A DNA stretch of 63,234 nucleotides, the filler included, from Octopus bimaculoides (taxonomy: Eukaryota), in NCBI RefSeq assembly GCF_001194135.2. It is 5 parts of 5 records of this genome, joined end to end, with 100 filler letters (N's around TTAATTAATTAA, not from the genome) between each part and the next. Parts side by side here need not be neighbours in the genome. Positions count along the whole stretch, not along the records: positions 12,543 to 27,139 come from NC_068985.1; 4 more parts are not named here. One strand, 5' to 3'. Positions 13,634 through 26,156 of this stretch are shown one piece after another. The number at the start of each line of letters is the position of its first letter. Position 1 is the stretch's first letter. The translations under genes were made by a program, and so were the position numbers. Under the pieces are notes generated by a model. That model had not been told where the DNA came from. It saw only the letters and a program-made list of their open reading frames with translations, and ran no database searches.

Positions 13634-13865
13634 TTTACTTGCTTCAGTCATTTGACTGCGGCCATACTGGAGCGCCGCCTTTAGTCGAGCAAATCGATCC
13701 CAGGACTTATTCTTTGTAAGCCCAGTACTTATTCTATCGTCGCTCTTGCCGAACCGCTAAGTGACGGGGACGTAAACATACCAGCATCAGTTGATCAGTT
13801 GTCAAGCGATGTTGGGAAGACAAACACAGACACACAAACATATACATACATACATACATACATAT

Positions 13866-13924
<59 letters not shown>

Positions 13925-14076
13925 CGACGGGCTTCTTTCAGTTTCCATCTACCAAATCCACTCACAAGGATTTGGTCGACCCGAGGCTATAATAGAAGAC
14001 ACTTGCCCAAGGTGCCACACAGTGGGACTGAACGCAGAACCGTGTGGGGTTGTTAAGCAAGCTCACTCCTGCGCCT
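13634..14076 (-). mobile_element. SINE family A, near full length, with internal (CA)/(TA) microsatellite
   Basis: tRNA-like head ending ...CACTCCTGCGCCT on the + strand, CORE-like CCTTGGGCAAGT motif, internal microsatellite and family tail. Confidence 0.9.
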
Positions 14077-15161
14077 ATATCCTCAGGACTTCTTTCCACG
14101 AGTCGCTGGTCCTGAACGAAAGAAATACATGGTCACGTCTATTGTTTCTTCTTTCTTTCAGAAAATGCTAAAACAATAATGATATTATGCAGTGTAATTT
14201 TTCAGTAACCAGGTCACAGTTCACGTAACGAAACTTTTAAACACCGTATCACAAATGATAAGTGTTTGAATTACGTTTACGATTTCTGTATGTTTTGGAA
14301 AAGTTATCACATATCTTCAACACTGCACAGCCTTTGGTTTCAATCCACGGTCTCAAATGAAATCATTTGCAGGGCAAATACACCTCCAACGATTATTTAT
14401 TGTTCCCTGAATATGCACTGCTGATAATGATATGTTGGAATGAATTGCGTCTGTTGTACCAAGAGATCAATGTCTTAGGTATCACCAAACATTGGTCAGA
14501 AAAGTGAAGGAACTTGTGTCAAGAAATAACTAGAACTTTAGTAATTATTTCAAGAAATGCTAACTTACTTCAAGTAGCGATGGAAGGTGAAATCTATTTT
14601 AAAGAATATGATTTCTTGTCATTAACTTGTTTCGCTTCGATCTTCATGTGATCAAATTTACATAGGAATCACATCCACATAGGTAGCAATCGAATATATC
14701 TATAGGGAAGATGATCTACTGACTCATCTAAAATATTTACACCAGTCTGAGCTATTGATAAAAACGGAGTAGAAATATTTACGCCGTTAACTCTAGGATT
14801 TTTAATCTGCTTTGTTGAGACTACCTACAACAAACGCTTCTCAATTTCTGTTTTGTAGTTAAAGTTTATTTTTAAGGATATGTAATGTCTGTCTATTTCT
14901 TTGACACAAATACGCCAATTGCAATACATATTCTGTGCAAGAAAATAGTAACTTGATATATCTACACCCACTCGCTTGAAGCGATGGTACACGTTTATGT
15001 TTAAGATTACAACTTCCTCTTTTGGTGAAGTCAAATGTTACATCATCTCTTCCCTAATTTAGAGCTTATATGTTATTGTTACACAAGACAGTCTTCGGCC
15101 ACTACTAGTCACACACACACATACACGCATCTATATATATATATATATATATATCCAAATC

Positions 15162-15192
<31 letters not shown>

Positions 15193-16231
15193 NNNNNNNN
15201 NNNNNNNNNNNNNNNNNNNNNNNNNNNNNNNNNNNNNNNNNNNNNNNNNNNNNNNNNNNNNNNNNNNNNNNNNNNNNNNNNNNNNNNNNNNNNNNNNNNN
15301 NNNNNNNNNNNNNNNNNNNNNNNNNNNNNNNNNNNNNNNNNNNNNNNNNNNNNNNNNNNNNNNNNNNNNNNNNNNNNNNNNNNNNNNNNNNNNNNNNNNN
15401 NNNNNNNNNNNNNNNNNNNNNNNNNNNNNNNNNNNNNNNNNNNNNNNNNNNNNNNNNNNNNNNNNNNNNNNNNNNNNNNNNNNNNNNNNNNNNNNNNNAT
15501 ATATATGTATATATGTATATATCCAGGTACATGATGTTATATGACATGTCTTAAACATTCCAACATTCTTAAGTTCCGTTGAGAGGTTTTTCTGCAAGAT
15601 TAGAGGACTAATACTTGACATAAAATGTAAAGAAAACTGCACAATATCTTGGAATGAGTGTTTCCTTGTTGAGTTCTATCCAATACCCTTCAAAAACCCT
15701 CAGACCTATAGCCACTATATTTTTCAAGAATATGCTTTTACAACAGCTGCGAAGATAAAGCATTAATACTATATACATAGTTTATATCAACCACAACATT
15801 GTATTTCATTTCCAGGCAGATCGCATTTGAATTAAATTGCCAAAATGTCCTCCCAAAGTTTAGAGTTCATGACCACAAATATTCTTAAGTTAAGTTGAGA
15901 TTAAATAAAATGATTAAACATATATTCACTTGGGTGAAACATTAGCACGTTTCATAAACTAAGAAGACAAGTAACTCGACTGATAGGAAAGCTAATTTCG
16001 CACGAGTATGCTACGTCATCTGGCTAGCCAGCTGATTCTTACAATCTTGATACATTTTCCTACATTCTTTGGCTTCTCAACTCCTTATAGAGTTGCAGAG
16101 GAACCACTGGGACGTGCAGTGTGTCTTAGGCGTTTACAGCTGGTGAAGCCCCGTCCCCTATGGGATTACATTTCGAGAGTGTGAGAGAAAGAGGGGAATG
16201 AGATAGATAGATATAGGTCGACGCTTGTGCA

Positions 16232-16376
16232 CCGCTGGTGCTTTATCAATTGAAATTCTAGAAACGAAAGGCAATTATTTCTTTTGAGGAATTGAACTCA
16301 GAGAGCAGAGAACTGAAATGAAAACCGGTAGGTATTCACTACGACCTTGAAACAACTCAGCCAGTTCGTTGCTTTA
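16232..16376 (-). mobile_element. Old degenerate SINE family B-like copy
   Basis: GAAAGGCAA...GGAATTGAACTCAGA...CAGCCAGTTCGTTGCTTT resembles the family B reverse complement. Confidence 0.5.
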
Positions 16377-17693
16377 ACATGAAAGATTTCTACGTCTGCG
16401 AAGATATGATCTCTGTACCACCCGATACATGATCAGGCAAATGTCATGGCAGCTACTCATTTATTCCGCTATTTATGGAAAAAATAATCGAGATAACTGT
16501 TCAGATATCAAAGAAAGGAAATCTTAAAACATATTAATCGCCCATAAATATTCATTGAATAGTGCTATTATCTCTGAGGTAGAAATCAGATAACATTACA
16601 GAGAAGTATATTAGTCTAATCAATATTTTGTTTTTAGTTTGCGAAAATCAAGCTTTGTCACCAATGAATTTCACCTGCCTAATCAGCAGTAACTTCCACA
16701 ATGAAGAAAGACAGCATTTTTCCTTGTATTCTTGTCTAATGTAACCATTGTACATCTTTGTAGTTAGTTTCAGATAAGTATATAAATCCAGGAAATCAGA
16801 CAGGAATTCTAACGTTATCTGTGTTCCCTCTTCATAGAAAAAAAAATGAATATAATTTGACTATTAATATAAAGAGTTCTTTTCCTTACTTAAATCTTGT
16901 ACGGTATAAAATGTCAAGATTTAAACTATTGCTTATTAAGTCAATTTGCATTGCCGCTATAAACATATACAGACATCCAAACGTGAACAAAAGCTGAGCC
17001 ACAGTTTTAAAAGTATTTAATGATTTTACTAAATATTACATACAAGTAGCAGCCATAGAAATAACATTCTCAGAAAGTACAGTCTGATATATAATGTAAG
17101 CTTCTAAGCTCCTGAGTAACAGTCAAATTCGGTCTCAAATTAAGTTTATTGATGTCATGTATAATGCAAAACTTAAAACGAGTAATATTTAATTAAATTT
17201 GTTTTAAGATCTAACTTTATACTTTTGTCTACATGACCACATATCAAAAAAGTTTGCTATAGTTGGCTATCAAAGACGAAAACATAATCGCTGTATTGTG
17301 AAGTAGTCATAAGTCTATTCGCCTCGCTAGGAATAGCAGACACATCTCCAAAAACGGTATGACGTATCTAACTAGGTATTTATAATGAATATGAAGGAAT
17401 ACGTTCGTAAATAGACACTCTACAATGTCACCCTACATCAGAAGAGTTCCAAAAAGAGAAATAACAAAAGCAGTCGTCGGAAGAAGTGCTGAATCGATAC
17501 CATTTGAGTGCAATAGCTTTTCTAAACTCGTATTTTCTCGACTAATATTTTCTGAATTATGCAAACTGAATTGGTAAACTTTTAAATAAAATAAACTGCG
17601 GTACAAGGATTGAGACGACAGACTGGGCAGTGTATAGTACTCATAATATTGGGCTTCACTATTGTATCTAGTCTGCAGTAAAATACACTTTTG

Positions 17694-17866
17694 TACTCTA
17701 GGCACGAAGGCCGAAATTTTGGGGGGAGGGAGCCAGTCGATTAGATCAACCCCAGTACGCAACTGGTACTCAAGTTATCGACACTGAAAGGATGAAAGGT
17801 AAAGTCTACCTCGGCGGAATTTGAACTCAGAACATAAAGACTGAAGAAATAGCGTGCTAACGTTTC
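17694..17866 (-). mobile_element. SINE family B, G-rich-tail variant, head partly deleted
   Basis: AAGGCCGAAATTTTGGGGGGAGGGAGCCAGTCGATTAGATC...CTCGGCGGAATTTGAACTCAGAAC. Confidence 0.85.
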
Positions 17867-18083
17867 TTATTTTTTTATTACCCACAAACATAGAAGGGAC
17901 AAACAAGGACAGACAAAAGGGATTAAGTTGATTACATCAACCCAAGTGCGTAACTGGTACTTAATTTATCGAGCCCGAAAGGCAAAGTCGACCTCGGCGG
18001 AATTCGAACTCAGAACGTAACGGCAGACGAAATAACGCTAAGCATTTCGCCCGGTGTGCTAACGTTTCGGTCATCTCGCCGCT
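17867..18083 (-). mobile_element. SINE family B, GGACAAACAAGGACAGAC-tail variant, abutting the previous copy
   Basis: Full body GCAAAGTCGACCTCGGCGGAATTCGAACTCAGAACGTAACGGCAGACGAAAT...GTGCTAACGTTTC. Confidence 0.9.
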
Positions 18084-18139
18084 TTCTGTAGTAAAACAGT
18101 AGAATCAAATATGTTACCGTTGACACTGCTACAATTCAA

Positions 18140-18330
18140 ATAGAGGTCATCGAGAGTACAAAAGCTTGAAAAACACGCCTAATTAAGCTACAGAAGGAAG
18201 CGCTCTATTAATGTTACAGGTATTGATTACATACGAGTCATTAAAGGAAATCTAGACGCAGGACAGTACATAGGTGGAGTTCTTATTGATTTAGTGAAGA
18301 TCTATGACACTACATTTTCTAAGCCGCCGT
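18140..18330 (+). mobile_element. Non-LTR reverse transcriptase fragment (CR1/L2 group)
   Basis: 18225-18311 translates DYIRVIKGNLDAGQYIGGVLIDLVKIYDT, matching the LD-G----G-F-DL-KAFDT RT segment. Confidence 0.55.
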
Positions 18331-18739
18331 TCTGAGCTATCTGTTAATAAAGCGGTCTTCACTAAAATAAGAACAGTGTCTTTGCGTTCATGCACTCTTT
18401 CTAATACAGGTATGTTATTAAAAAAGAGACAAGGCATAACTGGTGTTGCTTAAGCCCCAAGTTAGTCTCTATCTGTCAGATATATGATCAAAATATTCCA
18501 CTAAAAATTATCACTGATTCTGTTTTTCCGTTATAATGTAGCAGCGAATGTCTCCTTTCCTTTCATTATTTTGAAGAAGGTTTGGTTGCTAATTGTATTC
18601 GGCCGATTAAATCACAAAGGGGTTTTCCCCTTTTGTTTTGACCTAGACTACTCCAACTTAAACATCTATAGATTTCTCTTTTACATTGATGCCTCATCTA
18701 CAAGTTTATACTATTTCAGGTTTAATTTAAATACGTTCC

Positions 18740-19020
18740 TCAGCTTCAGTGATATTGGCGCATGCACTGTAACAACGTGCTCTTGCATCCGCCATTGGTT
18801 GGCCATTCTCTACGCCTGGCAGATGACACCTTTGCACTACTTGGGAAGCAACCTTCAAACACATAGTCTGTTTGGGTAGACTTTACTGATGAGGGTTTTA
18901 GTCGCCTTTTACGGCACGCTAAGGGAAAATTAGGTCTGTTCTTTGATATCTCCGCCCCTACTGCACAAGGGCAACGTGAAATGAAGTATTTTTTGCTCAA
19001 TAACACAACACAGTGTTAGG
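18740..19020 (-). mobile_element. Old SINE of a distinct family
   Basis: Minus strand reads GTGTTGTGTTATTGAGCAAAAAATACTTCATTTCACGTTGC (like the family C post-head segment), then CCCTTAGCGTGCCGTAAAAGGCGACTAA, resembling a central-domain motif I recall from invertebrate SINEs. Confidence 0.45.
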
Positions 19021-20216
19021 GAATCTCTTAGTAATATTAAACTACCAAAAACCGTTTTAAATTTTGAATTCACAACTGTACATGGGTACATAATATAAAA
19101 AAAGATTATAATTGCCGTATATAACGAAAACGTAACCTCTATGACGTGAAATGACTACAAGATTGTTCGACCTGCGAGGACCAGAAGATAAATCACACTA
19201 GACACACGACCTCCCGTCTTGAAAATGCAAATGAAGTTATGAGCAACGTAGACATAGATACAGGATGTTTGAAAATAAACTAAAAAGAACATCGGCAACA
19301 TTTTATGTTGCATTTCGTGTTGGAAAATCTTTGACCAATCAGAGCTTAACTTTGGATCAACAAACGCCACAGCAACAGCATAACCATTTCATTAAAAAAA
19401 AAAAAAAAGAGATCTGATAACTATCTTGCCTTATGCATTGGAAACTCTGCGTTAATCAATTAAGTTATAATTTATGCAGAGCAAATAGCAAGTTGCATAT
19501 CACTCAATGGGACTTTAACTTGCTACACATGTTAATTCCCCAGTAACTGTTATATGCTTTTATTTATTTGTATGGAGAATCGTATGATTCATTCTAAACT
19601 GCGACGGAACATTTCAATCTATAAAATCTCTGCGAGAATAAAGTATGTGAAAAGAATAGATTTCTCGAAAGAAATCATAGGCATTTACGCGAAGTGTGAA
19701 TTATATCATTACTCTCACATTTACTTCTTTCAGCTAGAAGCTACGGCTATGCTGGGGCATCGCTTTTGGTATGAATAGTAGTTGATATCCCTGCAGTTCC
19801 CTGTGTGTCCTTGTGGAGAGTCAGTATATTTGAAAATAGCACGCATATTTCCATTATTTTACCACGGTGTAGAATTAAATTATTAAATATCTCAAATAAA
19901 AATGTGCTTATGTATTCTTTTAGAATTTTCATATCTGCGCATTGTAGATCTCTGAGGTTAGTTTGGCATGGTATTGAAGAGCTGTGAGTCCTTGAATCAC
20001 GATTCCTTTCTGTATTGAGCCCCTAACATCAATGGAGATGGTGAGGATATTTGCACTGCGTAGTGACATCCAGTGTGGAGTTTCGCATAAGCTTCAATCC
20101 TAAAGTTACTCACTATATAAATTTACGATTAAACTCCTCGTGAAATATAACTAATCCTGAGCAATACGAAATAAGAAACGCACAGAAACGCATTCGCACA
20201 TTTATATGAGTCAAGG

Positions 20217-20217
<1 letters not shown>

Positions 20218-20266
<49 letters not shown>

Positions 20267-20285
20267 CCTCTCTCTCCCTCTCCGT
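20218..20285. repeat. (CT)n microsatellite
   Basis: Direct reading. Confidence 0.95.
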
Positions 20286-21206
20286 ATGTGTATGAGTGTG
20301 CGTGCGTGCGTGTGTGCGTGTGCACATGTCTCTGCGTGTATGTATGTACATCTGTTCTTTGGTTTTATTTCTGAAGATGAAAATTGCTCCTTCTGCGATC
20401 AAGGAAGAAGCCTATCTCTTCACTGAACTGACACATGATCTAGGTGGCCATGTATGATTGAACGTATGCATGTGTGCATACATGTGCCTATGCATGTCTA
20501 TATGCATGAGTTTATATATCTATGTGCACATAGATGTATTCCTCTATGTATCTATTTATATATTTGCAATAGTTTATATCGCTTATTCCCTTTAATAATC
20601 TGCTATAAAATACCATTTTCAGTTCCCCATTGATCAAGAATGCAGTTAAACAAACGAGTTAAGTTGCAAGGAATAAACACATGATCACCATTGGTCACAC
20701 TTGTTCTTATTTGTAAACTCTTGTGGTTGCATCCTGAGTAAATAACATCGCATCGGCAACCAAGAGATAACGGAAACCTTCTACAAAATATCTGTCACAG
20801 ATATAACATCAATTAAAGAACAAATACCTTTCTGCAATATGAACAAATACGAGCTGGTATTCGTTTGGAAATCTAACCATGTGATACTATACATGCATCC
20901 AACATTTCAGAGCTAATATCCTTTCTGCTAACCTTTATGTGAGATTAGCCACAGTAATTGACATCGCGTTCTGTTGCTTTCAAAATAAGTATGCCAGAAA
21001 CCGTATAAATAACAAACATCGCCCCGATTCCTTGGACGATGTATTTTTAGAGTGGCTTTCGCCATTAGGGCACACAATTTTAAGCATGTGAATGTATTAT
21101 ATTAACATTTCAACTTGTGAATTTGCTTATTGATGTGTCTACAAAAGTCGTTATACTGCTTTTTATACAAAGCGTAAGTAACTGTATAAACATCATCATC
21201 AGTTAC

Positions 21207-21432
21207 TATTCTTCTCTACTCTGGACACAAGGCCCGAAATGTTGGGGGAGGTGGGGGGCCAGTCGATTAGATCGACCCAAGTACACAGCTGGTACTTAAT
21301 ATATCGATCCCTAAAGGATGAAAGGCAAAGTCAACCTCGGCGGAATTTGAACTCAGAACGTAAGTAAAGACGGACGAAATACCGTTAAGCATTTCGCCCG
21401 GCGTGCTAACGGTTCTGCCAGCTCGCTGCCTT
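21207..21432 (-). mobile_element. SINE family B, G-rich-tail variant
   Basis: Full body and head ...GGCGTGCTAACGGTTCTGCCAGCTCGCTGCCTT. Confidence 0.9.
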
Positions 21433-22391
21433 TTCCTCAGTTACTATTACTGGATTTAGTATTCACTAATTTGATTGCTAATTTCAGAGAACCTTTTCCC
21501 ATCTGAAACACTTTTGAAAAAAAGAACAGATCGGTATAATATGTACCAACTCAGGTGTTAAACCAGGGTCAAATTTACTACGGTTTATAGTAACAATAAG
21601 TAATGACATTAGCCATGGAATTTCAAGAGTTATTTTGAGAATTGTAAAATAGGTAAATTTACAGAAAACAATGAAACAGGATTTCTTTTGAAATTACGTA
21701 TTTGCTAAAGTATTATTTTCTGTAATTGGTGTATAACCCGAAAAGTAATCCCGAATAAAGGCACTGTCTTAAAGGAGAAGATATAAAGATACTCCATTGC
21801 TTGTTGTAGTCTTGTCACGTCTCCCAAAATTATTGTTTCCATTATGTTCATGGACACCGTAAGAAGTAAGTAGTTTTAACTAAGACTTGAACTCGACAAT
21901 CATTTATCTAAAATACTATTCTGTACATATATACAGCTTTATCGGATTGTATTACATTGTAGCACAACTGTAATTTTTTTCATAAATTTTAATTAAATTA
22001 TACATTTCTGGTTTTGAATCCGCATTCCAAGTGAAATAAGTACTCTGATTGGCCCACAGAAATAAATATTCTAATTCAATGCAAATCAATATTATAGGCA
22101 TAAGTATTGTAGTGTGGTTAGGAAATACGCTTCACAAACACACTGTTATAAGCATTATTTACATAGCTGGCCGCCTACACTTTTTCTGCTAAATAGGGGT
22201 AGCTAGTCCTTTTCAAGCTATATTATTAGCATTATGATGCGTTTGAGAATTTAAAATCACTTCATTAACTTTCTAAGACATCGCAACGCTTCGTTTGTTT
22301 GTTTACGTTCATCGTAATTTGAATTTAAATTATTTACATTATTTACATTATTTAAATGTTACGGATATTTGTCCTCATCTTGTATGCTGTT

Positions 22392-22437
22392 AACACAACG
22401 TTTCAGCTGATATACCCTCCAGCCTTCATTAGGTGTC
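22392..22437 (-). ncRNA. Minimal type I hammerhead motif, probably inactivated (G5A)
   Basis: GACAC-CTAATGA-A-GGCTG-loop-CAGCT-GAAA-CGTT-GTGTT on the minus strand. Confidence 0.45.
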
Positions 22438-22498
22438 TTGGGGAAATTTCGAACCTGGGTTCTCATTCCTAAGGTATTTTTCCATGAAATTTCCTCAA

Positions 22499-22544
22499 GA
22501 CACCTGATGAAGGCTGGAGGGTATATCAGCCGAAACGTTGTGTT
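22499..22544 (+). ncRNA. Minimal type I hammerhead ribozyme motif (Penelope type)
   Basis: Stem I GACAC/GTGTT; core CTGATGA 22504-22510 plus one extra A; stem II GGCTG/CAGCC; GAAA 22532-22535; loopless palindromic ACGT stem III; predicted cleavage after GUU at 22539. Confidence 0.7.
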
Positions 22545-23139
22545 AACAATAAACAAGATGAGGACAAATATCCGTCAAATGTAAATAATGTAAATAATGT
22601 AAATAATTCCTCATCTCTTAAATATAGAACTGTACACTGTTATAAGGTTTTGTCATAGTGAATTTGAGCTTCGTCAAATGCTTTTTTTTTTCGCTGAACC
22701 TCGAGTTGACCGATACATTGTAAGTGTAATTTGACAGAGAACATACGTATATACGCGTTTTATGTGTGTGAGCAGCGCATGTACATGGTTGTGTCTTTAT
22801 TTGTATAGTAGTTGAACAGTGGTATCATTATGTCCTGTCACTTTGCCGCTTGACTGCAAGAAATTGAGGAAATAATTTGCAGACATCAAAAACGAGTGCT
22901 ATGGTAAATATAATGGACTAAACTATGAAAAGCAGTGCAACAGTATGGCCTTCTAAAACTAATACTGGTAAAAGAATTAATAAAAGACAGAATACTTAAT
23001 TGAACAGGTTTATTTTTCCAGTCAGTTTACGAATACTATGTATGTTGTATCTATATTATGCCTTTGATATAATTCCATTTTCTACGAGATACTTGCTAGA
23101 AGAAAGAATATTAAGTTTTAATAATAAAATATTCCTTCT

Positions 23140-23357
23140 AAGGCGGTGAAGTGGCAGAAACGTTATCACGCCAGCCGAACTGCTTAGCGGTATTTCATCT
23201 GTATTTACGTTCTGAGTTCAAATTCCGCCGAGGTCGACATTACCTTTCATCCTTTCGGGGCCGATGAATTAAATGCTAGTTGCGTACTGGGGTCGATCTA
23301 ATTGACTGGCCCCGCCCCCAAAATGTCAGGCCTTATGCCTAGATCAGAAAGGAATAA
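23140..23357 (+). mobile_element. SINE family B, G-rich-tail variant
   Basis: AAGGCGGTGAAGTGGCAGAAACGTTATCACG...GAGTTCAAATTCCGCCGAGGTCGAC...GGCCCCGCCCCCAAAATGTCAGGCCTTATGCCTAGA. Confidence 0.9.
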
Positions 23358-23699
23358 AATATTCCTTCGATTTTGATCTCTATTTGCAACTAGCATTACA
23401 TTAAAAAAAAAAAAAAGCAGAATACTATAGATGTTTTCATATTTAGGAAACATAACTTTACTGGTTAATTTCAGGTATGGTGTATTTACGAAATATTTAA
23501 AGGTTCGGATAAAAGAGCTTTCTAGTTTATCATCTGGCTCTTTTCGTCATTATTAAAACACCATCGATCAAAACGTAACCTATAAACTTCCCGTATCGAT
23601 AAATTATATTTCTCTAAAAAGTCAATCAATGGAGTCATTTATTTTGAATAATTCCTCCCTTAGGAACTGCTGGCGTTGTAACTAAAATAGAAGCGAGTA

Positions 23700-23950
23700 T
23701 TTAAGTGACGACATGGTAGAATCATGAAAGCGTCGGTAAAATACATTGAGTTCAGCTATGAACGTTCTGATTTCAAATCACATCGTGATGAACATTACCT
23801 TTCATTCTCTTAACGTTGGTCAATTGGCAGAATGGTTAGAATGTCGGAGAGATTGCTTTGCTGTAATCATTCAAATACTCTTCGATCTGATTTTCAAATC
23901 CTGAAATGATCTTTATTGCTTTTCACCTCTATGTGATCGATAACATAAGA
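23700..23950 (+). mobile_element. Two adjacent, highly degenerate family B-like SINE heads
   Basis: TGGTAGAATCATGAAAGCGTCGG...TTTCAAATC...TACCTTTCAT and TGGCAGAATGGTTAGAATGTCGG...TTTCAAATCC...GCTTTTCACC. Confidence 0.45.
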
Positions 23951-25475
23951 CTTGTGATAAAGTACTGGGATAGTTGTTAACGACTAAATCCCTACTGTCA
24001 ATAATACTGCGATATGCCGAGATGAGACACCATCATTAGATCACTTCATGGGTGGTGTATTGGCAAATATTTATACTAGCCTTATTTCTTCCAGTATTTT
24101 ATTCCTTGCGTTCAGATCCTGTCGCGATCAATGTTCTGGGACGATAAATTTGGATATCACTCTGGGGCGATCAATTTAGATATCATTCAAGTTTGGACTT
24201 GATGTATTCGAAGAAACCCTGATCACATAATTTCTGGCTTTGTGGTGATACCAGAAATAATTCACGTCGTATCCATTTGGAATCAGCTCTCGTCTACATG
24301 CATAGTAATCTGAGCAATGATCTTCTAGTATAGTCTTGATTGAAGCAAGGTGTCGCAAGTGAAATTCAAGACTAAAGTTGTGTGTGAATACATATACAAA
24401 ATGTAATTGTTGTTATATGTGATTTAAACATCTTCATTATTAAAGTACGCTTTATATTGATATATATATATATATATTATAAACAATCGATAAATAGGTC
24501 TGCTAAACTAGAAAAATGGATTTAAAATATGATATAAAAATTATATTTCCACACGTAAAAGTAATATATTGAAATGATATCTCAACAAATATAAACACGA
24601 CTACATTCAAAGTATTGTCTTAAAACTTTACAATTTATTGTGAAGTCTCGTTTCTATTGAGTTTTCTCTTTTTTTAAAATAACATATTGCTATGCAGGGC
24701 TGTCAAGAGTTATTTATTTGATAACAGTCGTTTTGAAACGATATTTTCTTTATTTTATTGGCATTCATCAAAACTTACTTCTATTTATATATCGCATAAC
24801 TACTTTTTGCAAAACAATTGCTAAATCGATAAATACTACTTTGTTAACTCAAACCAAGCCTTCTGTGATAATTCTTCATAGAAATCCGAGACGCAGTCGA
24901 TTATAAATTTTTCATTATTTTTTCCACAAAGTCTCCTCTCTGCATGCGAGATGCTGTGCATCTAATATTTATTTTACATTAGTCTTATCGCTTATTCCAA
25001 TTGTTAAATTACTGACTTCTTGCGTCATGGACTGATGAAACAATATCCAGTCCATCAGACTAGATAGAGAGTTAGATATTTAATGATTTATCTGTAGACA
25101 TATACACGTCTATGTAGGCATCTATATCTTTTCTGTGAGCTCACTGTTGTGTACTGACTTTTGTTTCTGGATGTATAATTTTACAAATTTATGTAAGAGA
25201 ATAGTATACGATTATGTGATTTCCGGTTTCTCAATAAAATTCGATTTTCGGAGTAACAGAATATTTCCAGCGAGTAACCACTACGGCTTGGCAAATTAAA
25301 TAGGCACATGTCCCTCGTATTACAAATTCAAAAGAAATTTTAAAAGCCGAGTATTTAACAATGTAACAACGGTTCTTATGATTAAAAGGGAGGAACGACA
25401 AGGGCAAGTCTAAGACACATCCTGGATTGCAGACTATAATGATTGAACTCAACGAGTTACAAATATGAAATTATA

Positions 25476-25689
25476 TTTTCTACTCTAGGTACAAAGCCCG
25501 AAGTTTTTGGGGAGGAGACAGTCGATTAGATCGACCCTAGTACGCAACTGGTACTTAATTTATCGACCCCAAAATGATGAAAGGCAAAGTCGACCTCGGC
25601 GGAATTTGAACTCAGAACGTAACGAGAGACGAAGTATTTCTCTAAGTATTTCGCCCGGCGTGCTAACGTTTCTGCCAGCTGGCCGCTTT
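25476..25689 (-). mobile_element. SINE family B, G-rich-tail variant
   Basis: Full body and head ...GGCGTGCTAACGTTTCTGCCAGCTGGCCGCTT. Confidence 0.9.
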
Positions 25690-26031
25690 AGAAATATAGA
25701 CTAATGTGAAATGTGAACAAACACGCACACACACGCGCACACACACGTGCAGACACACTCGAACACATACACATAAGCATACACACATATATATAAAATA
25801 TAAAATATGTAAATATGAATATAGGTTATGAGCGAAAGTGTTGTTAATTAGACCCAGAGTTTTCAGGTAATGCTGAGTAAGTGCTGTGGATAGACCATAG
25901 TTAAGCTCCAGGTTCGGTGATTATGTGTAGAATGGTCCAATGTAGGTCATATATCAGGGTGTGAATATAAAGATTTTGTAATGAGATAAAAACCAAGGCT
26001 GTGTATAATATAGAACATTTATAAATAGAAG

Positions 26032-26079
26032 GTCTTACAGCTGTTTCCAGGATATTTATTATATCCCTTCATCGAAGAC
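26032..26079 (-). ncRNA. Hammerhead-like motif, variant core UCGAUGA
   Basis: GTCT-TCGATGA-AGGGATAT-AATAA-ATATCCTG-GAAA-CAGCTG-TA-AGAC on the minus strand. Confidence 0.4.
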
Positions 26080-26156
26080 AGTGTGAGAGTATGGTTAAGC
26101 AATAGTTATGAAATGTGTACAAATTCATTATATTATATTAACCATCCTCTCACACC

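Larger units (their letters stand above)
22329..22607. mobile_element. Fold-back palindrome of Penelope-like termini (arms 22329-22450 and 22486-22607, 35-nt spacer)
   Basis: Two 122-bp arms are near-perfect reverse complements; outer ends carry (ATGTAAATA)n tails; each arm has a hammerhead motif. Confidence 0.9.

Noticed and set aside
13377-13634. 85-aa minus-strand ORF as an exon
   Set aside because: Its start derives from a SINE tail, there is no good acceptor, and I recognise no homology.
18886-18930. CTGATGA...GAAA on the plus strand
   Set aside because: No convincing stem III or cleavage site; it lies antisense within an old SINE.
18571-19006. ORFs 18571-18879 and 18746-19006, and an RLADDTF RT-like word
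   Set aside because: They overlap the degenerate SINE, contain in-frame stops, and show no further RT motifs.
24176-24358. 60-aa minus-strand ORF and an FFEYIKSK LINE-like word in another frame
   Set aside because: Too short, with no supporting motifs either way.
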